64,000 nt of DNA. It comes from Thermoplasmata archaeon (GTDB lineage Archaea > Thermoplasmatota > JASEFT01 > JBBABA01). Positions 9,294 through 19,324 of this stretch are shown here, in pieces. The translations under genes were made by a program, and so were the position numbers. The stretch lies in assembly GCA_041657955.1 (NCBI GenBank), contig JBBABA010000006.1:64566-128565 (forward strand). The letters run 5' to 3'. Position 1 is the first letter of the stretch, and the number at the start of each line of letters is the position of its first letter. The notes under the pieces are model-generated. The model did not search any database. It saw only the letters and a list, made by a program, of their open reading frames with translations, and had not been told where the DNA came from.

Positions 9294-9676
9294 TTTTCAT
9301 CACCACATTATACTTTATATTCTCCGCTCATGATTCGTGTGTTTAAAAGATTTTTCTTATCTAAAATCGTAAATTTTTATTATTTTTGCATATATGTTGT
9401 TTATTTTAATATATAACGTAATTAACTTAATAATATTATGCAAATGGGCGATATTACATTTTCTAGGCGATGTGCAAGCGAGTATGTTAATAGATATAGT
9501 ATAATTAGTTGATATAATGTCGTTATTAACTTAACAAAAATAAGTATAATGTATTATATAGGGAAAGATATCAGTTTTCGTCCGCTTCACGGCATTTGCG
9601 AATGGAGATGTGGTGCATATTTCACCATGTCAATTTTTGGTTATACTGTTCTAGTTGGGGAGTGGGGGTTGCAACC

Positions 9677-10192
9677 CTACAACGACCGTACATAACCTAC
9701 CTCTGTCTCACCAAGGTAATACAAACTTATCCTATCTCCTGTTTTAATGGTCCCTTTAACCCCACCACTCTTACTTATTCGTATGGTATCATTCACAGAC
9801 ACCATGTTATCGTGGTCGTTATCGAGAAAAGTAATGTTGTAGTCCGATGGTTTATCGGTTATATTTGATAATGGTCCACGGTCCAACGCTGTCCCATTAC
9901 GGAGGATGACATACTCTATATTTGACAGACGCACACAGTCTTTTGGCAACGAAAGCGGGGGAGGCGGCCATACTATTTCACGCACTGTGAGATTCCAGTA
10001 ATTGTCATCTTCTTGTTTAGTAAGCCATATGAACGGGGGGTCAACATGGGAATGTGATGGTGCCATCGGGGTGTACGAAATTACCAATATCGCAACCACA
10101 CTAACCACAATTGCGATGGCTATAATAGAAACCACCAGTAAAACTTTACCGATGGCCGTTTGTGATTTTCTAAATTTTAGAATATATGTCAC
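9677..10192 (-). CDS. Hypothetical membrane-anchored protein (N-terminal TM helix).
   Basis: Hydrophobic N-terminal segment followed by a Pro-rich extracytoplasmic region. Confidence 0.4.
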   Translation of the reverse strand: MTYILKFRKSQTAIGKVLLVVSIIAIAIVVSVVAILVISYTPMAPSHSHVDPPFIWLTKQEDDNYWNLTVREIVWPPPPLSLPKDCVRLSNIEYVILRNGTALDRGPLSNITDKPSDYNITFLDNDHDNMVSVNDTIRISKSGGVKGTIKTGDRISLYYLGETEVGYVRSL

Positions 10193-10276
10193 CTCCTAGA
10201 AATAAGTATAAGCGGCGTATGAGTTTATATCTTCTATCAAATTGATTCTAATTGAAGTGTGCTGGCCGAGAAAAAC

Positions 10277-10969
10277 TCATAACCTATTATCCGCTTCCTT
10301 CTTTTTTTCATACATGCGATCTTTTACCATGTCGACGATCTTCCAGCCCTTCTCCGACAGCAATACAGATGTGGATATTACGTTCTCCAGCTTTATATCT
10401 TGGCGGGCTAGACCCTTTTTGGACAGGTTTTCTAAAATCTTTGTAACTTCAGGCAGGTCGCTTAACTGGTCTATACCGCACATATACAGTATCTCGACTT
10501 CTTTTTGGGATAATTTGTGTTTGTCGCCTGTTTCTTTGTAGATTACGTTCATCTCGTCTTCCGTGATCTGCCTTGTGCTCTTGTCGAATGCGGCCCCCAT
10601 CTCATATTTTATTATGTTCAGTTCGTTATTTTTTTGCGATGTCTTTCCCCTGGCTGTTGCGATAAGAGCTTCCATCCTGTCCTTTACTTCTGAAGTGCAC
10701 CGTTCTAAGACTTTCCATTTTTCCACTTCGATCCATTTGTTAACGTCGCTTTCCGAGACGGTCTTGTGCTTCTCGAAGTATATGTTCTCTATGAAATAAC
10801 CGTCGGCGGCGTCTGCGATTCTGCAAAAGATTATCCTTGCCTCATAATCATTCTCGGTGTGGACTATTTTCTCTACTCTGCCAAAATATCTCTCGTACTC
10901 CAGGCGGCTGTAGATCTTCTTTTCTTTGCCGTTCCAGTCATGCACGTCTTTCCATGAAATGATCATCAT
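10277..10969 (-). CDS. Hypothetical protein (230 aa).
   Basis: Long ORF of ordinary composition. No motif recognised. Confidence 0.45.
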   Translation of the reverse strand: MMIISWKDVHDWNGKEKKIYSRLEYERYFGRVEKIVHTENDYEARIIFCRIADAADGYFIENIYFEKHKTVSESDVNKWIEVEKWKVLERCTSEVKDRMEALIATARGKTSQKNNELNIIKYEMGAAFDKSTRQITEDEMNVIYKETGDKHKLSQKEVEILYMCGIDQLSDLPEVTKILENLSKKGLARQDIKLENVISTSVLLSEKGWKIVDMVKDRMYEKKKEADNRL

Positions 10970-10998
10970 TTTACTCCTTGTTTTTTGTTTTGTGTGTT

Positions 10999-11568
10999 TT
11001 ACTTTTTATTTATTGTGCTTTGCCCCCACCGGCGGTAGATATTGTGGTCGATTTCCAGTGCGTCCAGGATTTTGCCGACCGTGAAATTTATTATATCATC
11101 TACGTTTTTCGGTTTTGGGTAGAATGCCGGCATTGCCGGCAGAATCAGCGCGCCAGCCTCGGATAACGCCGTCATGTTTTTGAGTTGAATGGTGCTCAGC
11201 GGCGTCTCTCTCGGCACTATGATCAATTTTCTCCGCTCCTTCAGGCAAACACTTGCTGTTCTGGTAATTAGGTTGTCTGAAATGCCACATGCGATTTTTG
11301 ACAGTGTAGACATCGAACAGGGAGCTATCACCATTGCATCGAATTTAACGCTTCCTGACGCAATAGGCGCGAACAAATCGTCGTTCTCATAAGAATGCTT
11401 TGCAAGTTTCTTGATTTGAATTACGTTTTTTCCAACCTCGTACCCGATTATTTTTTTAGCGTTATCTGAGAGTATGAGATATATATCTGCCATTTTTCTA
11501 AGGTAATTTAATAGCGATACCCCGTAAACAACGCCCGATGCACCAGTAATCCCGACGACAATCTTCAT
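10999..11568 (-). CDS. ubiX: UbiX/Pad1-family flavin prenyltransferase.
   Basis: MKIVVGITGASG N-terminal flavoprotein motif. Size 189 aa. Confidence 0.8.
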   Translation of the reverse strand: MKIVVGITGASGVVYGVSLLNYLRKMADIYLILSDNAKKIIGYEVGKNVIQIKKLAKHSYENDDLFAPIASGSVKFDAMVIAPCSMSTLSKIACGISDNLITRTASVCLKERRKLIIVPRETPLSTIQLKNMTALSEAGALILPAMPAFYPKPKNVDDIINFTVGKILDALEIDHNIYRRWGQSTINKK

Positions 11569-11635
11569 GCTCTCGTTATGGGTGAGGGGATTTGTGTAAT
11601 TTATACCTATCGGAGAAATTTATAAAAAAAGAAAG

Positions 11636-11682
11636 AGTTGATAAAAAAAATAAAAAAAAGAAAAAAGGAGATTATTTTCTCC
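11636..11682 (-). terminator. Hairpin plus oligo-T terminator for the giant surface protein gene.
   Basis: On the minus strand, GGAGAAAATAATCTCC overlaps the stop codon and is followed by a long T-rich run (plus-strand poly-A at 11640-11666). Confidence 0.35.
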
Positions 11683-14600
11683 TTCTTCTAGCCAGCAATG
11701 CGACCAGCACGAGAGCTACTGCGAATCCAGCAACCTCGAAGCCTGGCGCGAAACCGGACTCCTTCTTGGCGGCTTTAGCTGTTATGGTGAAGTTCAGTAT
11801 TTCCTGTTCGTTGCCTACTACGATCGTAACCGTGTAGTTGCCTTTGCTGGTATTTGTGGGTACGGAAACCTTGCCGATTATGCTTATTTCCTTACCTGGC
11901 TCAATCGAGATGTCAGTGCTCGTCTTTCCCTCTAAATCTACCCAATCAGACGTGTCTCCGAATGCGGACACTGCTATCGAACCGTTTGCTGTGCCGTTGT
12001 TTCTTATCTTAATCGATATTTCGAAGCTGTCTCCAGGCACTATTTTTGTCGGTATGCCTCCTTTGAACACAACATCAACAAGTTCGAACTTCGGGACTGG
12101 GTGGTTCAATACGATAGTTATGTTGCGATATGCATCGTTCTCTGTTATCGTGGCGTTTGCGGCATTCTTGCCGTCTATCGTAAAGTTCGCTGCGTTTATG
12201 GTTTTAATCTCCCAGCCTACTGGCGATTCTGTTCTTATGTTCATTGTTGCTGATTTTTGTTCGACATTGCCGACTATATTGTGGGTTTCTCCAGCAGGAA
12301 TGCCGGTGTAGGTCAGCTCGATCGTGATTGTTATAGTCACGGCCTTTACTGCGCTGACGTTCATACCCAGCATTGCACTGAAATCGGGGGTTTGCTTCAT
12401 CATAACAGGCAATATGCCGTCAACCATGATCGGCGTCATGTTCGCTGTATTCGTCTCTATTGTAGTCAGGTTCGCCGCAAAGTTGGTTATTTCGTCTTGT
12501 TCAATGATTTCATTTCTGTTGCCTGCCATATCCATAGCCATAGCAATTTGTTGAACGCTTGCCGCGTCCAGTGTTTGCTTTGCGACTATCTTGATGCTGG
12601 TGAAGTCTGCATTCGGGATCAGTGTGTACACCTCGTTTAATGTTTGGGCTTCTTTTTTCTCCTCTGTCGGTGGTGTGACCATCGGTGCTGTCGGGTCGTC
12701 CTTGTAGCCTGTTCCGTAACTCGTTTCATACGATTTATTGCCTTTTCCGTCATTGTATCCGGTAGCATATCCCGCATAATAGCCCTGCTCGAATCCCCGG
12801 GCATATCCGTCTTTTCTGCCTACTTCATAATCCTTAACACCTTCGTTTTTCTCCTGCACGTTCCTGTCAATTGTCATCTTTTCGAAGATGCTTACTTCTT
12901 CATTAGACAGATAGCCGTCGCCGTTGCCTGCCCATTCTACGGAATCTATAATCTTTCTGAGTTCGCTGTACGAATCCACATTAATCTCCTTGCGGATGTC
13001 TATGCCAGTTTGTATCTGTTCTATACTATATGGTGTGTGCATTATTACCGCGTAGACACTTTCAGTTACCGTCCCCAGCGTTGGACTGATAGAGCTTTCG
13101 TTTCGTATCAACATCATGTCCAATGATGACGCTGTCAACGAGTGTGCAAGTATGTCTGCCTTCGAAATTTTGATGCATCTATAATCAAAGACGTACGGCC
13201 TTATTTCCGGTTTTATGCTGTTGATGTCTATCTGCCACCCATTCGGTACAATTAGTACAAAGGTATCGAAGTTCAGGTTTTCACTTGTTGGTGGTGTATT
13301 GTCAGCGAATTGTATCTTTGGATTAGGCATCATGCCTGCTCCCGCCATAAAGTCGAAGAACACGTCGTTGCCATATGGCCCTTCGTTGCCACTCTCGTTT
13401 AATGCCACAACTCTAAAGATTATCTTTGTCTTCTTGAACGGTTCTATCAACATGAAGTTGTGCGTAGCGTTGCTGACGTTGAATACTGCAACAAGAACCC
13501 TATTGCTGACGTCCGCCGGGCTGTAATTGGACATGTATGTATTCATATTCGCATTAATTTCATATAAGTATATGCGATAGCCGCTTATGTTTTGGAACTG
13601 TGTTGGCGGTTGGTTCGGCGGTTGTTGACCGGGTGATACGTTTGTGCTCGTGCCATTTGGTGGCACCATATACGGCATGTATGGCATATCTTTCCATACA
13701 ATATCAAGTGCGTGCCCGTCGAATCTGAATTCTGTCATTTGCGGGGGCAACTGTGCCATAGAACCCGACCACACAAAGTTCACAGGACCTGTGCTTATGT
13801 TCGCCGACCAATTCTCAACAAATTTTGTCTGTATCGGCACGAATTTCTGCGGGAATTCGTATAGTATGATGCTATCAGCCGTTATTATATCGTTGCTAGT
13901 TACGCTTCCGACTGCGCCGATTAACTTGAGTTTAGACTCGACGCGCATAGGCAGACTGCCATCCACGAGCATTTTCATCCCTGGCATCTCGTTTTGGGAC
14001 GATGTGTCAGATTGTGATTGTTGAGATTCTCCCGTGGATATTCTGCGCGCTATCTCGGCACTGTATTTCTTAAGTTCTTCATAAGTTATCATGCCGTCCT
14101 TGTTGCCGAAATTGCTGTCTATCTCTCGTCTTACCTCAAGATATGTTTTAGGCACGGGTAATACAAGTGCGTTACCATTCGCCTTGAGATATACGATCCT
14201 CGTATCATTCGTCCCTTCGGAATCCATTATAATATAGAGTTTGCCTTGAACTTGTGTTATGTTCTTCACGCTTTTGTCAGTCGAACGCATTATTGCGAAC
14301 TTGACGCCTGCTGTGTTATGAGTTATCTCTAGAACTCTCTGATCCAGTGACACTGTTCCGAGTTCTGAAGGCACGGTAGTGTTGTCGATAATCCACCCTG
14401 GTGCAGTTATGACAACGATTCCAGAGAATACGGATGTTCCATCACTTTTCATACCTGGATCGAATATAGCAACTACGTATCTATCCCTGTCAGGCATCCT
14501 AAACATAGCTTTTACGCCCACATTTGCCGTAAACGATGTGTTTGAATCTACACTGCCCGATATATTCTGGAATTCGACATCTACACCCATGATCATTGGC

Positions 14601-17101
14601 ATTATTCCGTCAATCTGAATCGGTAATCCTTGGCCATTGCTTGGATTCTGTGATTCTCCAGAACTTGTTGGTTGCTGGCTTGGTTGCGTCTGCCCTGGTT
14701 GCTGTTCGGTTTTCGTTTCATTTTGGTCCTTGAACATCTGCTCTTCAATTCTTGCAACTTCGTTAGCCGTTATGGTGCCATCATTATTTCCAAATGCTAT
14801 ATCGATTATTTTCCTTATATCACTGTAGCTGGTTACACTTGCGCTGTTTGGATCGGTTGCGGCCTTTTGCCTCATCAAGGCGAGCATGTCAAACGTCAGC
14901 AACATTTCCATAGTGTTGTTTGGATATGCTATGATGTAAACTATGTCATTTTCCAGTGTTAGTTTTGGAGTTACGGAAGATTTGTCTGCAATCACCCTAA
15001 AACTAATGTCCTCTTTTGTTTCGTTTGTGTATATAGTATATACAGTATTGGAATAACTTAGCGTTCCAACACCTGGCTTTGAGGTAGAGTCAATAACCCA
15101 GCCGCTTGGTACCGCGACCACTACCGCCTTGAATTTTATATCCTTTTGCGCTTCTGGTCTGAATAGGTACAAAGAGATTTTATGTTCATCAACCGGTTCG
15201 CTGTAATATCTGCCGACGAATTTTATGCCTACCTGTATGGGATCATTGTTCGTAACAGCGGTGTTTACAGCGCCGCTAATGAACGATTTTTGTGTTGTAA
15301 GCTCCGGGAATTTACCGTCTATCATTATCGGGACGCCTTCATTAGATTTTGGTGCAGCCTTATCGCCTTTTGTCATATCAGTTGCAACGAAGTTCTCGAA
15401 ATTCTTAACCTCTACCGCGTCTACAACTCCATTGCCGTTGCCGAAACCAGGCATTGATGCCGTGCCCCTTCGGTCTATGATGCTTCTTAGGTCCGAATAT
15501 GTCTTTATTTCGCCACCAAGTGTTTTTACCGCGTCCATCCCGCTTACGCTCATGTTAAACTCATTAATTCTTATCATTGTGAAATATAGGGTTCCTGCCG
15601 CTTTGGTTATTATCGGAGCTTTGGCGCTTTCATTGTATATTATCACGAATTTGCACGGCCCTTTCAACATGTTTGTGCTGAATGAAACTGTTGTACCATC
15701 ATTTGTCGGTGTGATATTGGCGGGTAACGTTTCTGGTGAAACTCTCCAGCCGTCAGGTGTAGTGTAAACTACGTTAGCAAAAGCTGGACCTTCCCAATTT
15801 GGACCGTAAAATTCTTTCATTAATAACACTGTGTGCCTGTCCAGTGTTGTGTCGATTGGTATCTTACCCGAGAGTATAATGTCCATCGTGATAGCGTCGT
15901 TCGAGCTTATGCTTCCCTCAGCGCCCACAATGTCCACCATTGCTGAAGTCATCTCTGGGAACAAGCTATCCATCATTATTAGGGATTCTTTCTCCTCGTA
16001 ATTCTGTTCTGGGTTATAATCCGGCGTATAATCTTTTTCTTTGTTCACTTTTCCATCATTGTATCCATCTTTATATCCGGTCTTATACCCCTCATCGTAT
16101 CCCGTTCTATAGCCATCATTATAACCGGTATCATATTCGCTGGTATGTTGCTCTATCTGAGAACCTTCGTTGTTTATGAATTTCTCGACTTCTGTTGTTT
16201 CCACCATTCCGTTTTTATTGCCGAATCGCTCGTCAACGATTTTTCTGAACTCGACATCAGATTGGAATCTGCCAGGCATGAAGTTCATCAGTTCCCCTTT
16301 CAATATTAGTTTAAGAACGCCTATTTCTTTCAACGCATAAATCATGATATTGCCAGAATATTTCTCTTCATCGAATGATACAGGCACATTATTGGTTTTG
16401 ATTAGCTTAAAAGTTGGATTAACATTAATCGAAATATTCGTTGGGTCTTCTATAGTAAGGATTGTTTTCTCAGTATTTAATTTCCCAAACTGGAAGTTCA
16501 TTGATGCTGCGTCTATCGTCCAGTTCGCTGGGCAGACAAAAATGAAAGTGTCTATTTTTGGCTCAGTCGGTTGCTGGGAAGGCGGTATCACAACTGATGT
16601 ACCCATCCCTGGAGACGTGGTTGTCGTTGTTCCAGTCGGGGTAGTAGTTTTTTGTACATTCTCGTCCGTCTTCGTCCTTGTTCCCTTGTCTATGTCTACA
16701 CCAACAGTCGTTGAATAGTAAGCGTCGGTCGAAGGCGCCTGCTGTATTTCCTGTTGAACTGCCTTAAAACTTATCGTATGGTTGTTGCCTTCTTTGACAT
16801 CGTATCTTAGCACCTGGACAGAGCGCACGTACACGGGCCGCGTGCTGTTCACGCTACCTTCGGTATTTATTATCTTGAAATCTCCCTGTTCGGCTCTAAT
16901 CGGCCCCATATTGTCTATAAGCATATTTGGAGGGCCGCTCACTGTTTGAATCGTTGTGTCCGTCTGTGTCGGCGTTGTGTTAGTGTTCGATGTTCCGCTG
17001 TTCTCAGCGCCTGTTGTGCTGATGTTGATTATGCTTGCGAAGCAAGTCAAAACCATCAGCAGCCCTAAAAATAATCCCATTATTTTTTTCATAGGTACCA
17101 C
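11672..17101 (-). CDS. Giant (1809 aa) secreted surface protein or adhesin with a PGF-CTERM archaeosortase sorting signal.
   Basis: N-terminal signal peptide. C-terminus PGFEVAGFAVALVLVALLARRRRK (PGF motif, TM, basic tail). Internal repeats including GYNDGY/GYDEGY-rich segments (two copies) and several EF-hand or dockerin-like DxDxDG loops (FGNKDGMITYEEL, FGNNDGTITANEV, AGNGDGYLSNEEV). Confidence 0.8.
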   Translation of the reverse strand: MVPMKKIMGLFLGLLMVLTCFASIINISTTGAENSGTSNTNTTPTQTDTTIQTVSGPPNMLIDNMGPIRAEQGDFKIINTEGSVNSTRPVYVRSVQVLRYDVKEGNNHTISFKAVQQEIQQAPSTDAYYSTTVGVDIDKGTRTKTDENVQKTTTPTGTTTTTSPGMGTSVVIPPSQQPTEPKIDTFIFVCPANWTIDAASMNFQFGKLNTEKTILTIEDPTNISINVNPTFKLIKTNNVPVSFDEEKYSGNIMIYALKEIGVLKLILKGELMNFMPGRFQSDVEFRKIVDERFGNKNGMVETTEVEKFINNEGSQIEQHTSEYDTGYNDGYRTGYDEGYKTGYKDGYNDGKVNKEKDYTPDYNPEQNYEEKESLIMMDSLFPEMTSAMVDIVGAEGSISSNDAITMDIILSGKIPIDTTLDRHTVLLMKEFYGPNWEGPAFANVVYTTPDGWRVSPETLPANITPTNDGTTVSFSTNMLKGPCKFVIIYNESAKAPIITKAAGTLYFTMIRINEFNMSVSGMDAVKTLGGEIKTYSDLRSIIDRRGTASMPGFGNGNGVVDAVEVKNFENFVATDMTKGDKAAPKSNEGVPIMIDGKFPELTTQKSFISGAVNTAVTNNDPIQVGIKFVGRYYSEPVDEHKISLYLFRPEAQKDIKFKAVVVAVPSGWVIDSTSKPGVGTLSYSNTVYTIYTNETKEDISFRVIADKSSVTPKLTLENDIVYIIAYPNNTMEMLLTFDMLALMRQKAATDPNSASVTSYSDIRKIIDIAFGNNDGTITANEVARIEEQMFKDQNETKTEQQPGQTQPSQQPTSSGESQNPSNGQGLPIQIDGIMPMIMGVDVEFQNISGSVDSNTSFTANVGVKAMFRMPDRDRYVVAIFDPGMKSDGTSVFSGIVVITAPGWIIDNTTVPSELGTVSLDQRVLEITHNTAGVKFAIMRSTDKSVKNITQVQGKLYIIMDSEGTNDTRIVYLKANGNALVLPVPKTYLEVRREIDSNFGNKDGMITYEELKKYSAEIARRISTGESQQSQSDTSSQNEMPGMKMLVDGSLPMRVESKLKLIGAVGSVTSNDIITADSIILYEFPQKFVPIQTKFVENWSANISTGPVNFVWSGSMAQLPPQMTEFRFDGHALDIVWKDMPYMPYMVPPNGTSTNVSPGQQPPNQPPTQFQNISGYRIYLYEINANMNTYMSNYSPADVSNRVLVAVFNVSNATHNFMLIEPFKKTKIIFRVVALNESGNEGPYGNDVFFDFMAGAGMMPNPKIQFADNTPPTSENLNFDTFVLIVPNGWQIDINSIKPEIRPYVFDYRCIKISKADILAHSLTASSLDMMLIRNESSISPTLGTVTESVYAVIMHTPYSIEQIQTGIDIRKEINVDSYSELRKIIDSVEWAGNGDGYLSNEEVSIFEKMTIDRNVQEKNEGVKDYEVGRKDGYARGFEQGYYAGYATGYNDGKGNKSYETSYGTGYKDDPTAPMVTPPTEEKKEAQTLNEVYTLIPNADFTSIKIVAKQTLDAASVQQIAMAMDMAGNRNEIIEQDEITNFAANLTTIETNTANMTPIMVDGILPVMMKQTPDFSAMLGMNVSAVKAVTITITIELTYTGIPAGETHNIVGNVEQKSATMNIRTESPVGWEIKTINAANFTIDGKNAANATITENDAYRNITIVLNHPVPKFELVDVVFKGGIPTKIVPGDSFEISIKIRNNGTANGSIAVSAFGDTSDWVDLEGKTSTDISIEPGKEISIIGKVSVPTNTSKGNYTVTIVVGNEQEILNFTITAKAAKKESGFAPGFEVAGFAVALVLVALLARRRRK

Positions 17102-17222
17102 TTATGTATGTAAACAAAAGATGCTTCGCTCTATATATATTCTTTGGTAGAGATTTTGACAATCGCTCGTGAATCCAGCATACTGATATCGGATATTGCG
17201 TGTTTTTAAAAATTAAGCGCGT

Positions 17223-18179
17223 TTAATCTACCTTCCTCTCTTGTATTAATTCTAAAATCTTTTCGGGTTCCCGTATCTTTTTAAGTTCGTTTATCCCTAT
17301 AATAGGCGCACCCCCTATACTGTCGTGCTTTATTTTTTCTACGAAAAAGACGGCCTCTTTTTCGGTAATTTTGGAAATGCTTTTTATTATGTGGGCTTTT
17401 TTTATGAGATCTTTGTTATACTTGCCGATGCCCGTGATTATCACGCATTTTTCGTTTTTCGTCAATGCGTTGAACGGACATTTTGCGATTGGTATAACCA
17501 TATAGCCAAGTTGATGTAATTGTGTGAATACGCTCCTCTCTAAGCTGCAGATATTCTCGTTTTCCAATGAAGTGCCATCGTACCAGTCCTCACTGCCTTC
17601 GGCTCTGGAGAGTGGGTTGAGAGGCAGTATAACGTCCTCTCTCACCACTTCTTCGATTTTAGTTGCGACTTCTATCGTTGCTCCCATACCGTCTTCGTAT
17701 AATTGTATTGCTTTTCTGGAAACTCCTATCCTATCTGCGAATTCTCCTAACGATATGGAATTTTTTTCTCTGAACTCCCTCAAAACTTTGCTGTTAATAC
17801 GTGTACATAAACCACCGGGCGCGGCATAAATGAACGGTGGTACACCCTCGATAAAATATTCATACAATGTCTCCCTGGAGAGCATTGTGACACCGTGTCT
17901 TATGTAGAGCACTCCCCCTTCGAGTTTGCCAAAGCAGGAGCGTTCTCCGATCAAAAGTGCCGTGCCGTTCAAAAGTTTGGATAATGTTTTGATTTCTTTA
18001 GCGTTTTCCCTACTAATCGCATCCACGTTCAACAATACCTTAATTATTAAAAGCATGTCGTCCCGCCTTGCGATTACGTCAAAACTAGTAGAACGGATGT
18101 CGCATTGATCCGTACTGTAGAAACCAGACTTACCGATTATGTCCCTAATATCGTCTATAAGTCTATCCCTGTCTATCAA
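17223..18179 (-). CDS. Conserved archaeal putative HTH-type transcriptional regulator (COG1395-like).
   Basis: Domain order and size (318 aa) match the archaeal-specific putative HTH regulator family. The HTH-like segment is LGEFADRIGVSRKAIQLYE. Confidence 0.6.
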   Translation of the reverse strand: MIDRDRLIDDIRDIIGKSGFYSTDQCDIRSTSFDVIARRDDMLLIIKVLLNVDAISRENAKEIKTLSKLLNGTALLIGERSCFGKLEGGVLYIRHGVTMLSRETLYEYFIEGVPPFIYAAPGGLCTRINSKVLREFREKNSISLGEFADRIGVSRKAIQLYEDGMGATIEVATKIEEVVREDVILPLNPLSRAEGSEDWYDGTSLENENICSLERSVFTQLHQLGYMVIPIAKCPFNALTKNEKCVIITGIGKYNKDLIKKAHIIKSISKITEKEAVFFVEKIKHDSIGGAPIIGINELKKIREPEKILELIQERKVD

Positions 18180-18253
18180 AATTCCACTGTGAGATCAATC
18201 TCCTCATCTGTATATAAATTTATTGTCTGGCAACGAATAGTATTATAATAGTA

Positions 18254-18439
18254 TTATTGTTCACTAAACAACTTTCCCTTGTGCCCCCAATTCTCAGCGT
18301 TTAATTCTTCAAAGAGCACATATGTGTATTCTGGCGGTTTCCCAGCAACCTCTTCGAGTGTTTTCGTAAATCTTTTTGTGATTTCTGATTTTTGGTCTTT
18401 TGTAAGTTTTCCGATCGACTTTAACTCTACTATCGGCAT
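18254..18439 (-). CDS. 4-oxalocrotonate tautomerase family protein.
   Basis: 61 aa beginning MPIVEL, with the conserved Pro1. Confidence 0.6.
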   Translation of the reverse strand: MPIVELKSIGKLTKDQKSEITKRFTKTLEEVAGKPPEYTYVLFEELNAENWGHKGKLFSEQ

Positions 18440-18584
18440 GCTTCACCCCCTTTGAATTTTGTTTTGTAGCTAAAAGTAGAGTATATTTTAGGATATAAAA
18501 CATTGTCTGTTATAATAACTACGATTGTATATGGGGAATCGTTAAAAAGATTTATCCTGTATAAGTGATTCTCGTTATGAAAAT

Positions 18585-19316
18585 ATGGAAGGGAAAGACG
18601 AAAAAACAGTAAAAATAGATACCCCATTCCAGAAATGGAAAAAAAGAGTCGCGGATGAAGTCAGATTGAGGATTGGCCAGGAGGGTGCTAGAAACATAGC
18701 CGCAAAATTTTTTATCGCTCCGATCTTGCTTTTCGCCGCAGTGTCGATTCTGTTCATATTGCTGGACTTTTCGACGTTCGGTATTTTAACGAGCTTCATG
18801 CTGCTTTATCTCTTCGCCCCTCTCGGAAAAGAGTCGCTGATTCCGGCGGCAATAACTATTGGCATAGCCCCGCTTGCGATCGCACTCGCACTGGCGTTTA
18901 TGGACATTATTGCAGCCTTATTCCTGCTATGGAATTACGATTTTGCAAAATTGTTTCCTCTAATGGGCCCCTGGATGATGAATTCAGAGAAAAAAGGCAG
19001 AGAGATACTCGAGAAGAGGAGATGGCTTAAAGGCGCCTCTTTTGTCGGTCTAATATTTTTTGGAATATTCCCGCTGCGCGGAACCGGCGGTGTAGGTTCC
19101 ACTGTTCTCGGAAGATTGATAGGCCTGGGTCCAAAAGCGGTTTTTGCGGCAATTTTTATACGCTCGATACTCGGAGCGTTGTTGTTAGCATATTTCTTTG
19201 ATTACTTTAAGGTAGTTCTCGGCAATGACATTTTTAAAATATTCTCGATAGTTCTGATTGTATTTTTCCTTCTCTGGTGGTCGTACGATTATTACCAGAC
19301 CAGGCAAACAGTTTAG
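18585..19316 (+). CDS. Polytopic membrane protein of unknown function.
   Basis: About 6 hydrophobic helices. Confidence 0.45.
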   Translation: MEGKDEKTVKIDTPFQKWKKRVADEVRLRIGQEGARNIAAKFFIAPILLFAAVSILFILLDFSTFGILTSFMLLYLFAPLGKESLIPAAITIGIAPLAIALALAFMDIIAALFLLWNYDFAKLFPLMGPWMMNSEKKGREILEKRRWLKGASFVGLIFFGIFPLRGTGGVGSTVLGRLIGLGPKAVFAAIFIRSILGALLLAYFFDYFKVVLGNDIFKIFSIVLIVFFLLWWSYDYYQTRQTV

Positions 19317-19324
19317 TGCAGGTT

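Noticed and set aside
11838-16718. Many plus-strand ORFs of 60-180 aa inside 11672..17101.
   Set aside because: They are antisense to the 1809-aa surface protein gene. They have low-complexity composition and no start signals.
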